From: Syntrophales bacterium
GTDB taxonomy: Bacteria > Desulfobacterota > Syntrophia > Syntrophales > UBA8958
Length of the DNA: 64,000 nucleotides
NCBI GenBank assembly: GCA_035448805.1
Contig: DAOTJR010000009.1
Location: forward strand, 4,090-68,089
Direction of reading: 5' to 3'
Shown here: positions 28,840-36,928 of the stretch, in pieces
Layout: every line of letters begins with the position of its first letter
Position numbering within the stretch: position 1 is the stretch's first letter
The notes under the pieces: generated by a model
Seen by the model: only the letters and a program-made list of their open reading frames with translations
The model's database searches: none
What the model was told of the DNA's origin: nothing
Made by a program: the position numbers and the translations under genes

Positions 28840-29619
28840 TCAAAACATGAGCGCCGTCAAAAAATAATCGCTGATCAGGATGGTGATGGAGGCCAGCACC
28901 ACCGCCTCCGTCGTGGCCCGTCCCACGCCTTCCGCGCCGCCGGTGGTGTTGAACCCTTTGTAGCAACCAACCAGGGAGAGGATCAGGCCGAAGCAGGCCG
29001 CCTTGATCAATCCGTTAAATATATCGCTTAGTTCGACTAATTTGGTGATATTCTTCATGAAGACCCCGGCGTTGATGTTCAGGAGTTCCACACCGACGAA
29101 ATAGCCCCCCAGGATCCCGACAAAGTCGCTGACAATGGTCAGAAAGGGGACCATGACGACGCCGGCGATGATCCGGGGCACAATGAGGTACTGCACGGGA
29201 TTGGCGGCCATGACATAGAGGGCGTCCACCTGCTCCGTAACCTTCATGGTGCCGATCTCCGCCGCCATGGCCGAGCCGGCCCGGGCCGTCACCATGAGGG
29301 AGGTGAGGACGGGGCCCAGCTCTCTGGTCATTCCCAGGGCCACCGTGGCCCCCACCATGCTCTCGGCGCTGAACATCCGGAAGCCGTGATACCCCTGGAG
29401 GGCCATGACCATGCCGGTGAACATCCCCGTGAGCACCACCACGAAGATGGAACGGACGCCGACGAACTCCATCTGCTTGAAGATGTTGCGGAGGCGGAGC
29501 GGCGGCCGGAACATCCATCCCATAACGGAGAAGAACAGGAGGATGATCCTCCCCATTTCCTCGACGGAACGGAGTACGGCGCGCCCCAACGCGTCGATTA
29601 ACGAAGTCAGGCCACCCAT
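28840..29619 (-). CDS. mlaE: ABC transporter permease, MlaE type
   Basis: 259 aa, multi-TM. GATVALGMTRELGPVLTSLMVTARAGSAMAAEIGTMKVTEQVDAL is the conserved MlaE block. Confidence 0.9.
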   Translation of the reverse strand: MGGLTSLIDALGRAVLRSVEEMGRIILLFFSVMGWMFRPPLRLRNIFKQMEFVGVRSIFVVVLTGMFTGMVMALQGYHGFRMFSAESMVGATVALGMTRELGPVLTSLMVTARAGSAMAAEIGTMKVTEQVDALYVMAANPVQYLIVPRIIAGVVMVPFLTIVSDFVGILGGYFVGVELLNINAGVFMKNITKLVELSDIFNGLIKAACFGLILSLVGCYKGFNTTGGAEGVGRATTEAVVLASITILISDYFLTALMF

Positions 29620-30690
29620 TTACAGCGGGCCTCTTTTCGCTCCATGGGCCCGCAGCGCCGCGTCGATGATCCGGCTGATCAGCCCGGTCTGGGTGATCCC
29701 CGCCGCGGCCGCCTGATGAAACAACACCGTGGAGGGGGTCATGCCGGGCAGGGTGTTGGGCTCGAGGACCGCCACCCGTCCGTCAGGGCGGACAAACATG
29801 TCGATCCGGGCATAGCCCTTGAGATCCAGGGCAACAAAGGCCTCCCGGGCCGTCTCCTGGATTCTCGTCAAGATTTCCCCGGGGAGGCGGGCGGGGGTCT
29901 TGTTCTCCCCCTGACCGTACAAAAACTTGTCCTCCAGGGAGAGGATTTCGGCGGTGGGGATCGTCTCCGAGGGGGTTAAGGCGCAGGGGGGATCACCATC
30001 CAGGACACCGCAGGTAACCTCCGTCCCGGTGAGAAACTCCTCCACCAGGGCCACATTGTCCCATTCCAGAGCGGCAGTCACCGCGGCAGCCACCCCCTCC
30101 CGGGACACCACCTTCTTGACGGCGGTGCTGCACCCCTCCCGGGTGGGTTTGACGATACAGGGGAACCCGATCTCGGCCGTCACCCGGTCCAGCAGCTCCG
30201 CTCGTGCCGCGCTCTCCCAGGCCCGCCGGGATACCGGAACGGTAGCGGGAACATCGATCCCGTTCATGGCGAAGATCCGTCGGCAGACATATTTGTCCAT
30301 CCCCAGGGCGGAGGCCAGGACACCCGAGCCCGTGTAAGGGATGCCCAAAAGTTCGAGAAGGCCCTGGATACAACCGTCTTCCCCATATTTACCATGGAGG
30401 CCAAGGCAGACGACATCGGTCTTTTCCTTGAGAGATTCATACGGCAGCCGTTGCGCCTCCCCTTCGAGATCCTCCTCGATATCCCTGGTGCTGTTCCGCA
30501 TGAGGAGCTTCAGGGGAATCTCCCAGAGCCGGGCTTGAGAATCCATGAAAACAGCCAGGGGGATGAATCGTTGCCGATCCATCTTGCTGAAGATGTTACG
30601 GCCGCTTTCCAGAGACACCTCCTTTTCCGAAGACATCCCTCCCATGATCACCGCCACCCTCAGTTTTTCCGTTGCCGTTGTCTCTGCCAT
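29620..30690 (-). CDS. D-alanine-D-alanine ligase family protein, divergent paralogue (Cys/Phe at DdlB Ser150/Tyr216 positions)
   Basis: ATP-grasp Ddl layout: GGMSSEKEVSL, HGKYGEDGCIQGLLELLGIPYTGSG, VKPTREGCSTAV, LEDKFLY, ARIDMF, LEPNTLPGMT. The ATG at 30690 is preferred over the GTG at 30705. The TAA at 29622-29620 is followed directly by the mlaE ATG. Confidence 0.8.
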   Translation of the reverse strand: MAETTATEKLRVAVIMGGMSSEKEVSLESGRNIFSKMDRQRFIPLAVFMDSQARLWEIPLKLLMRNSTRDIEEDLEGEAQRLPYESLKEKTDVVCLGLHGKYGEDGCIQGLLELLGIPYTGSGVLASALGMDKYVCRRIFAMNGIDVPATVPVSRRAWESAARAELLDRVTAEIGFPCIVKPTREGCSTAVKKVVSREGVAAAVTAALEWDNVALVEEFLTGTEVTCGVLDGDPPCALTPSETIPTAEILSLEDKFLYGQGENKTPARLPGEILTRIQETAREAFVALDLKGYARIDMFVRPDGRVAVLEPNTLPGMTPSTVLFHQAAAAGITQTGLISRIIDAALRAHGAKRGPL

Positions 30691-30820
30691 GTAACGTCCC
30701 TTCACTCCTTGTTATATTTCGTCAAAAAAGTACCGGCGGCGGCGCCTCTCCCGTGGCGCTTCCCTGCCCCCGGCTATCCCTCGTATTCATTACCTTCTGT
30801 CCCGCACCGCTTTGTTCCCT

Positions 30821-31876
30821 TCACAGCGGCCCCTTCTTTTCCCGGTGAATGGCCAGGGCATTCTCGATGAGGGTCGTGATGATCATCGACGGCAGCATCC
30901 CGGCACTGGCCGCCTGCTCGAAAAAAAACGAGGAGGGGGCCATCCCGGAGGAGGAATTAGGATCGGTGATCAAGATCCGACCGTCGGGAAGATAAAAACC
31001 ATCGATACGCCCATAGGATCTGAAGCCGAGCACCTCGAAGGCCCGCCGGGCTTCATCCTTGATCCTGGCCGCCGTTTCCGGGGGGATGTTCTTCGGCGGC
31101 GTGAATTTCCGGCACCGGCCGGGCATGTACTTGTCATCGTAGGTGTAGAAGTCGCTCTGGGGATAGATCTCCGTGAGATCGAGGGGCGTGATTTCGCCGT
31201 CCCGCTCCAGAATGATCGCGGAAAACTCGATACCCGCCAGAAACTCCTCCACCAGTGCCAGCCGGTCCCATCGGAAGGCCTCGTCGAGGACCCCCTCGAT
31301 ATCCGTCGCCGCCCGGATCTTGCCCACCCCCACGCTCGATCCCTCCCGTACCGGCTTGACGAAAAAGGGAAGGGCGAAACGACCGAGCAGCTTCTCCACC
31401 ACCAGCTCCGGCGTCCGGCGCCATTCCTCCTCCCGGACGATCATGCTTGCGGGGACGGCGATTCCCGCCGCCGCCAACACCTGCTGCTGGATATGCTTAT
31501 CCATCCCCAAGGCGGAAGCGAGAACCCCGGGCCCCGTATAGGGGATACGGAGGAGTTCGAGGAGCCCCTGGATACATCCGTCGTCGCCGTATTTTCCGTG
31601 GAGGGAGATAAAGGCGAAGTCGATCCTCTCCGGCAGCTCCTCATACGCAATCCGCCGGGCCTCTCCGGAAAGCCTTTCCGAGATGTCTACGGTGGTGTTC
31701 TGGGAAACGAGCTGCCAGGGTATCTCCCAGAGACCGCCCTGCCCGTCCATAAACATGGGTACCCCCTGGAAGTACTCCGGATCGAGATTGTCATAGACGT
31801 TCCGGCCACTGTTTAGGGACACCTCCCGTTCCGACGACATACCCCCGAAAATGATTCCCACCCTCAATTTCTGCAT
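30821..31876 (-). CDS. ddl: D-alanine-D-alanine ligase family protein (Ser/Tyr retained)
   Basis: GGMSSEREVSL, HGKYGDDGCIQGLLELLRIPYTGPG, VKPVREGSSVGV, YDDKYM, GRIDGF, TDPNSSSGMA. GAGGAGG lies upstream of the ATG at 31876. The track start at 31897 is a TTG. Confidence 0.8.
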   Translation of the reverse strand: MQKLRVGIIFGGMSSEREVSLNSGRNVYDNLDPEYFQGVPMFMDGQGGLWEIPWQLVSQNTTVDISERLSGEARRIAYEELPERIDFAFISLHGKYGDDGCIQGLLELLRIPYTGPGVLASALGMDKHIQQQVLAAAGIAVPASMIVREEEWRRTPELVVEKLLGRFALPFFVKPVREGSSVGVGKIRAATDIEGVLDEAFRWDRLALVEEFLAGIEFSAIILERDGEITPLDLTEIYPQSDFYTYDDKYMPGRCRKFTPPKNIPPETAARIKDEARRAFEVLGFRSYGRIDGFYLPDGRILITDPNSSSGMAPSSFFFEQAASAGMLPSMIITTLIENALAIHREKKGPL

Positions 31877-31906
31877 CTGAACACGGATCCTCCTCAAGAA
31901 TTTTCC

Positions 31907-33865
31907 CTATGAATCCCAGATAAAAGTCACGCCGCTGTTCGGAAAGATCCAGGTATGATCCGGAACCCGCAGCCGGATGAATCTGCCCTTTTCTCGTGTC
32001 ACCTCGGGATAAGGCTGCTTGCCGGCGAAAAAACTCACCTCCCGGACATGCCGGAAGCCCGTCTGCTCATAATTGAAGGTAATATCGAGCCCCCGGGTCG
32101 GATAGACGATATACACGGAGAAGATATTGTTCGCCCTCGATTTCTTGGTAAATATTTCTATGGCGATCTCGACCTCCGTATCGAGTTTTCGCCCCAGGCC
32201 GCCGGAGCTGCACCATACTTCATAGCCCCGGGAGGTCATCGCCGTGCGGACGATGGGGACGTCCTCGCCGTCCACCGTCACCCGGGCCACCCGAAAGTCC
32301 CTCTCCATGACCAGATCCTCGCCTCTGGTCATCAACCAGCGGTATTCGCACCGCGGGTCCTCGAAAAACGCCGCCAACTGTTCTTCATCGAAGGCGCAGC
32401 CGATGAGAAAATTGTCATTTTTCAATGTCTTACGATAGGCAACCCGGGTGGTGACATCCAGGCTGCCATCTCGTCTTCCGGCAGGCGTACCGTCTGTCCC
32501 CGCCGCTTCGGCAACGCCGATATCATAACGGAAGTCTTCCCGCAACTCCAACCGGCGGTCTTCCTTCCCAAAGAGGGTTTCGAACATCTCGTAGTAGATG
32601 GCGTTCCCCAGTTCTTCGCTCCGGGCCCGGGCCTGGAAACACTGACGGATGATGCTGTCGATCCGATCTATAGAGCGCTCCTCACCGGGGATATAGATCC
32701 GCCGGAGGCGGGGCAGAACGCTGTCCGCCTTCCCCTTGTGCAGAAACAGCCGCGGCGCCCGTTTCCCCAGGGCGCAGAGGATCTCGTAGCTGATACTTCC
32801 CACCCGCCCGGCGATCTCGTTGGCGGAGATGGACTCCTGTCCCTGACGCCCCATGAGGACCACCTCGTCCCCCACACGGCAGTCGGGAATCGTGCTTACA
32901 TCAACCGTACACATATCCATGGAAACCCGTCCGACAACCGGCACACGCTTTCCCCGGATCAGCACTTCCCCCTGATTGGAGAGGATGACACCATAGCCGT
33001 CGCCGTAACCGACAGGAATAGTGGCGATACGGGTCGGTTTCGTGGTCGTGTAGGTGCGGTTGTAACCGATGCTGTACCCCTTGGGAAAATCCTTCAGCAA
33101 CACGATGCGCGTCTTGAAGGACATCACCGGCAAGAGGTCCGCCTTGTCCTTCGTCGCCGGAGAGGGATAGATGCCGTAAGACATGAGGCCCGGACGGACC
33201 ATGTCCAGATTGAACCCGGGGTAGTTCAGGATGGCCCCGCTGTTCGACATGTGCCGGATGGGAATACGGATGCCTTCGTCGGCGAGTTTCGCCAGGAGGC
33301 GGTGAAAAAGCTCGGCCTGGGACTCGTTGTAATCCGAACGGGTTTCACTGGCGGCCAGATGGGTGAAAATTCCTTCCACGATCAGGTCGGGAAGGGCCAG
33401 GATGTCCCTGATGGTCTGAAAGGCTTCATAATAAAGTGTCCCCCCTCTCCCCATCCCCGTATCCACTTCGATATGCACGGGGAGACGGATACGGGCCTGG
33501 GCACACCTCTCCTGCAGGCTCCGGGCAAAGGGGAGGTCGGAGACGGAGGGGATGAGATTGTATTTGATGATCTCGCCGATTTCCCCTTCCGGCGACGGGC
33601 TCAGGATCACGATGGGGGACGTGAGACCGCTGACCCGGAGCTGCACCCCTTCATCGGCATTGGCGACGCCCAGATAGACGGCGCCGTTCTTCAGGGCCGC
33701 CTCGGCGATCTCGATCGCCCCGTGCCCGTAAGCGTCGGCCTTCACTACCTGGAGGATCTTGACTCCCGGCCGAACCAGACGTTTGAGCTCCTTCCAGTTG
33801 CGGGCAAAATGGTCGAGATCGACCTCAACCCAGCTGCGGTATTTATGAACTTCCTGATCGGACAT
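31907..33865 (-). CDS. Alanine racemase fused to a C-terminal domain of about 277 aa with unknown function
   Basis: Residues 1-375 are a complete PLP alanine racemase (VVKADAYGHGA PLP-Lys, HIEVDTGMGRGG, PVGYGDGY, ISYEILCALGKRAPR). Residues 376-652 (31910-32740) match no family I recognise. Confidence 0.85.
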   Translation of the reverse strand: MSDQEVHKYRSWVEVDLDHFARNWKELKRLVRPGVKILQVVKADAYGHGAIEIAEAALKNGAVYLGVANADEGVQLRVSGLTSPIVILSPSPEGEIGEIIKYNLIPSVSDLPFARSLQERCAQARIRLPVHIEVDTGMGRGGTLYYEAFQTIRDILALPDLIVEGIFTHLAASETRSDYNESQAELFHRLLAKLADEGIRIPIRHMSNSGAILNYPGFNLDMVRPGLMSYGIYPSPATKDKADLLPVMSFKTRIVLLKDFPKGYSIGYNRTYTTTKPTRIATIPVGYGDGYGVILSNQGEVLIRGKRVPVVGRVSMDMCTVDVSTIPDCRVGDEVVLMGRQGQESISANEIAGRVGSISYEILCALGKRAPRLFLHKGKADSVLPRLRRIYIPGEERSIDRIDSIIRQCFQARARSEELGNAIYYEMFETLFGKEDRRLELREDFRYDIGVAEAAGTDGTPAGRRDGSLDVTTRVAYRKTLKNDNFLIGCAFDEEQLAAFFEDPRCEYRWLMTRGEDLVMERDFRVARVTVDGEDVPIVRTAMTSRGYEVWCSSGGLGRKLDTEVEIAIEIFTKKSRANNIFSVYIVYPTRGLDITFNYEQTGFRHVREVSFFAGKQPYPEVTREKGRFIRLRVPDHTWIFPNSGVTFIWDS

Positions 33866-33953
33866 TTACTCAAGACACCTTTTGCCTGTAGAAGATACAC
33901 GACCCTACCCCCGCCTGCCGGGGCGCCGTCGCTGCCGTCGCCACCCTCCGTCT

Positions 33954-36203
33954 CTATTTTCTGGTCATCGTGAACACCCCGTCCCACTCTCCTTCCGGAG
34001 GATGCCCCTTCAGATCCTGACAGCGCTGAATATAAAGTTTCGACGGCGGGTCATCGGGACGGATTTCCAGAACCTGCTGGAACGCCGCAATGGCTTCATC
34101 CCAGCGGGCGGCCTTGTAGTGCGCCAGCCCTTCGTGAAAACGCCGGATGTATTCCTCGTGGGGCGCCGCATCTTTACGCTCGCAGATCAATTCGTAGATC
34201 TTCACCGGCAGTTTTTTGCCTTTCACGCGCACCGCGTCCAGCTCCCGGCAGAACATCTCCTCTTTGACCACTTCATAGGTATATTCGCTGATGACGATGT
34301 GGGTGCCGTACTCCTTGTTGATCCCCTCGAGACGGGAGCTGAGATTCACATTGTCGCCCATGACGGTGTAATCGAAGCGCATGTTCGAACCCATGTTGCC
34401 GACGACCATATCGCCGCTGTTGATGCCGACACCGATATCCACATAGGGCCGCCCCTCCTTTTCCCACTTCTCCTGCAGCACCTTGAGCGTGGTCATCATC
34501 TCCAGAGCCGTCCGGCAGCAGCGCAGGGCGTGATCCGGTTGCTCCACCGGCGCCCCGAACACCGCCATGATAGCGTCGCCGATGTATTTGTCGAGAAGCC
34601 CTTCGTACTTGAAGACGATGTCCGTCATGGCCGTCAGGTACTCGTTGAGGAGATGCACCAGCTCCTCGGGGGTCAACTTCTCCGAGATGGTGGTAAAGCC
34701 GCGGATATCGGAGAACATCACCGTCAGGTCCTTCTTGTCCCCCCCCAATTTGAGTTTGCCGGGGTCCTTGAGAAGTTCGTTGATGACCGAGGCGGTGAGA
34801 TAATACTGGAACGCCCCGCGGATCTTTTTCTTTTCCCGCTCTTCCGTAAAGTATCGATAGACGGTTATGACCAGATAGATGGTCATCATCGTCAAGACGG
34901 GATAGATAAGGTTCAGCCAGGTGTTGTATTTGGCAAAGACGAAAGTGTTTGCCACAATGAAGCCGCCCACGAGTACCAGGGCGAGAAAGATGCCCTGAAC
35001 GGCCTTCACCCGGGGGATCGCGATCCCGAGGACCATGCCGAAGATAACGATGCTGCAGATATCGAGGAAGGTGGTCCAGGCGGACTGCTCGAGAAAATTA
35101 CCCTGGAGGATGTCTTCCACGACGGTTGCGTGCAGCTCCACCCCGGGATAGACGGGGCTGAAGGGCGTTACCCGCAGATCGTAGATGCCCGTGGCGGTGG
35201 CCCCGACCACCACGATCTTGCCTTTGATAAGCTCAGGCGCGATCCGGCCCTGCATAATATCGGAGATGGAATAATGGGGAAAGGTCTTGGCCGGCCCCAG
35301 ATAGTTGATCAGCAGCCGGCCGCTCTCGTCGGTAGGGATCCGGATGTCCCCGAGCATGACACTTTCGACACCGAATTCGGCCAGGTTGAGGACGAGCATC
35401 GGATAATCCAAATATTGCATCAGCAGGGCTATCGGCAGGGAGTGGTAGAAATTTTCCTGGAACCTGATGACCAGGGGCGACCAGCGGATGACCCCGTCGG
35501 AATCGGGGAAGGCGTTGAAATACCCGCTGTTTTCTCCTGCTTCCGCAATCTCCTTGATGCTGGGTACCGGGGCATAGGCGGTGATGATATTATACAGCCC
35601 CACCGGACCTTTGGCCTTGACCATGGGATACATCGATCCGCCGATGAGGGACGCCGCCGTGGTGATGTATTCCTCGCTTATGAATCCTAAATCCTTTTCG
35701 GACGTATGGAAGAAATATCCGAGGCTGACGTTTTTTGCCTTGGCGATGGCCCCGGCAAGGATGGCATCGGCTTGCGCCGCTTGCGCCTTATCCTCGAGAA
35801 TGCCCATGAGACGGGGATCATGAATGCCCATTTCGGCGGCATCCTGATATATCTCCTTGAGGGTGTTCATGCTTTCGTTCTGCTCCGGCTCGGCAAAAAC
35901 GATATCGAACCCCACTGCTTTGGCACCGTATTCCTTGAGGGCTTCCACCAGACGGGCCGTCACCTTCCGCGACCAGGGCCAGCGGCCGACCTCACTCAGG
36001 CTTTTCTCATCCACCGTAGCGATGATCACCTGGCCGCTGGTCGGCAACTGCCCCCGTGACACCATGCGGAGATCGAGGGCCTTCAACTCCATAAAGCGCA
36101 GGAATTTCGGGTCCATGAAGAACATCGCCAGGAAGATGAGCACTACGGCAACGGTGATTTTGAACGGTGATAAGACCAGCAGATTTTTAATCGATATCCT
36201 CAT
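33954..36203 (-). CDS. CHASE2-sensor class III adenylate/guanylate cyclase
   Basis: 749 aa. N-terminal TM, periplasmic CHASE2-like region (VIIATVDEKSLSEVGRWPWSR), TM cluster, then cyclase domain (VMFSDIRGFTTISE...GDAIMAVFGAP...GINSGDMVVGNMGS) and a TPR-like tail. Confidence 0.85.
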   Translation of the reverse strand: MRISIKNLLVLSPFKITVAVVLIFLAMFFMDPKFLRFMELKALDLRMVSRGQLPTSGQVIIATVDEKSLSEVGRWPWSRKVTARLVEALKEYGAKAVGFDIVFAEPEQNESMNTLKEIYQDAAEMGIHDPRLMGILEDKAQAAQADAILAGAIAKAKNVSLGYFFHTSEKDLGFISEEYITTAASLIGGSMYPMVKAKGPVGLYNIITAYAPVPSIKEIAEAGENSGYFNAFPDSDGVIRWSPLVIRFQENFYHSLPIALLMQYLDYPMLVLNLAEFGVESVMLGDIRIPTDESGRLLINYLGPAKTFPHYSISDIMQGRIAPELIKGKIVVVGATATGIYDLRVTPFSPVYPGVELHATVVEDILQGNFLEQSAWTTFLDICSIVIFGMVLGIAIPRVKAVQGIFLALVLVGGFIVANTFVFAKYNTWLNLIYPVLTMMTIYLVITVYRYFTEEREKKKIRGAFQYYLTASVINELLKDPGKLKLGGDKKDLTVMFSDIRGFTTISEKLTPEELVHLLNEYLTAMTDIVFKYEGLLDKYIGDAIMAVFGAPVEQPDHALRCCRTALEMMTTLKVLQEKWEKEGRPYVDIGVGINSGDMVVGNMGSNMRFDYTVMGDNVNLSSRLEGINKEYGTHIVISEYTYEVVKEEMFCRELDAVRVKGKKLPVKIYELICERKDAAPHEEYIRRFHEGLAHYKAARWDEAIAAFQQVLEIRPDDPPSKLYIQRCQDLKGHPPEGEWDGVFTMTRK

Positions 36204-36277
36204 GGCTGTCCCTCCCGGTGACGATTCGAAATTCTAATTAAAGCCCCATGTCTTGTCAAGGTAAATGGCCTTATGTC

Positions 36278-36306
36278 TTGACAAGAAAGGAATGTTCGGA
36301 TATGAG
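36278..36306 (+). promoter_or_regulatory. Sigma70-like promoter candidate for tRNA-Thr
   Basis: TTGACA (36278-36283), 17 nt, TATGAG (36301-36306), 11 nt before the tRNA 5' end. A near-duplicate ATGTCTTGTCAAG / ATGTCTTGACAAG pair lies at 36248-36285. Confidence 0.45.
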
Positions 36307-36317
36307 CTTCCCCATCG

Positions 36318-36393
36318 GCCGATGTAGCTCAGCCGGCAGAGCAGCTGATTCGTAATCAGCAGGTCGGCGGTTCGATCCCGCCCATCGGCTCCA
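36318..36393 (+). tRNA. tRNA-Thr (anticodon CGT), CCA encoded
   Basis: GCCGATGTAGCTCAGCCGGCAGAGCAGCTGATTCGTAATCAGCAGGTCGGCGGTTCGATCCCGCCCATCGGCTCCA. Acceptor GCCGATG/CATCGGC, anticodon stem GCTGA/TCAGC with loop TTCGTAA, T arm GGCGG-TTCGATC-CCGCC. Confidence 0.92.
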
Positions 36394-36402
36394 GAAAATC
36401 AA

Positions 36403-36435
36403 GGGGTTACGGAACATCGCCGTAGCCCCTTTTTG
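36403..36435 (+). terminator. Rho-independent terminator after tRNA-Thr
   Basis: GGGGTTACGG (36403-36412) pairs with CCGTAGCCCC (36420-36429), with a 7-nt loop. TTTTTG follows. Confidence 0.8.
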
Positions 36436-36928
36436 TCGGTGCCGAAATTCTCTCCCCGCGCTCTATTTGCAAATTTTCACCATCTCTTTTTCTCCCGGCA
36501 TCACCGGCCTGCCCGGAGACCGGCGCTACATAACGGCGCTCGCCGCGTCCTCAGGGATGCCGGGGGAGCGGTGGACGGCGCCGGAGAAAGGTTCCGGGAC
36601 CGGATGGAACATTGGGAAGGCGGAGCTGGAGCGGCGGCCCGCGGGTCAGCAGCGCGCCTGCAACAGTTGCTTAAGTCACTGGAAAGCACGATCCGGGTCC
36701 TCGCCTCCCCGGTAGAGAACCGGATCCCTTACCGGCAGGCCGTCAGCTCCGGACAGCGGCCCCGGGATTGGATGCGGCGGCGGCGGAGATTGAAAACAAC
36801 AAAGGGACGGTCGGCGACACGGATATGGAGAATACCTTCCTGAGACTGTTCCGAAAGAAAAGGTCTCACTCCCGAGGGCATGATTCACAGCGGGTTTCAT
36901 CCGGAGACAGCGGCGGGGCGGTATCGTG

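Noticed and set aside
29620-33865. A vancomycin-resistance (van) operon
   Set aside because: It has a racemase plus a Phe-type ligase. It has no VanH dehydrogenase, no VanX/VanY peptidase and no VanRS pair nearby. The racemase also lacks the VanT membrane domain. It is therefore reported as an unassigned D-amino-acid module instead.
31955-35690. 672-aa and 602-aa plus-strand ORFs (31955-33973, 33882-35690)
   Set aside because: They are antisense to the racemase fusion and to the CHASE2 cyclase. The composition is Arg/Gly/Pro/Asp-rich with no recognisable domains, so these are shadow ORFs.
36433-36843. 136-aa Arg-rich ORF after tRNA-Thr
   Set aside because: It starts inside the tRNA terminator, has no RBS and has biased composition, so it is not called as a gene. 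Only the short HD-GYP-like stretch inside it is reported, as a low-confidence finding.
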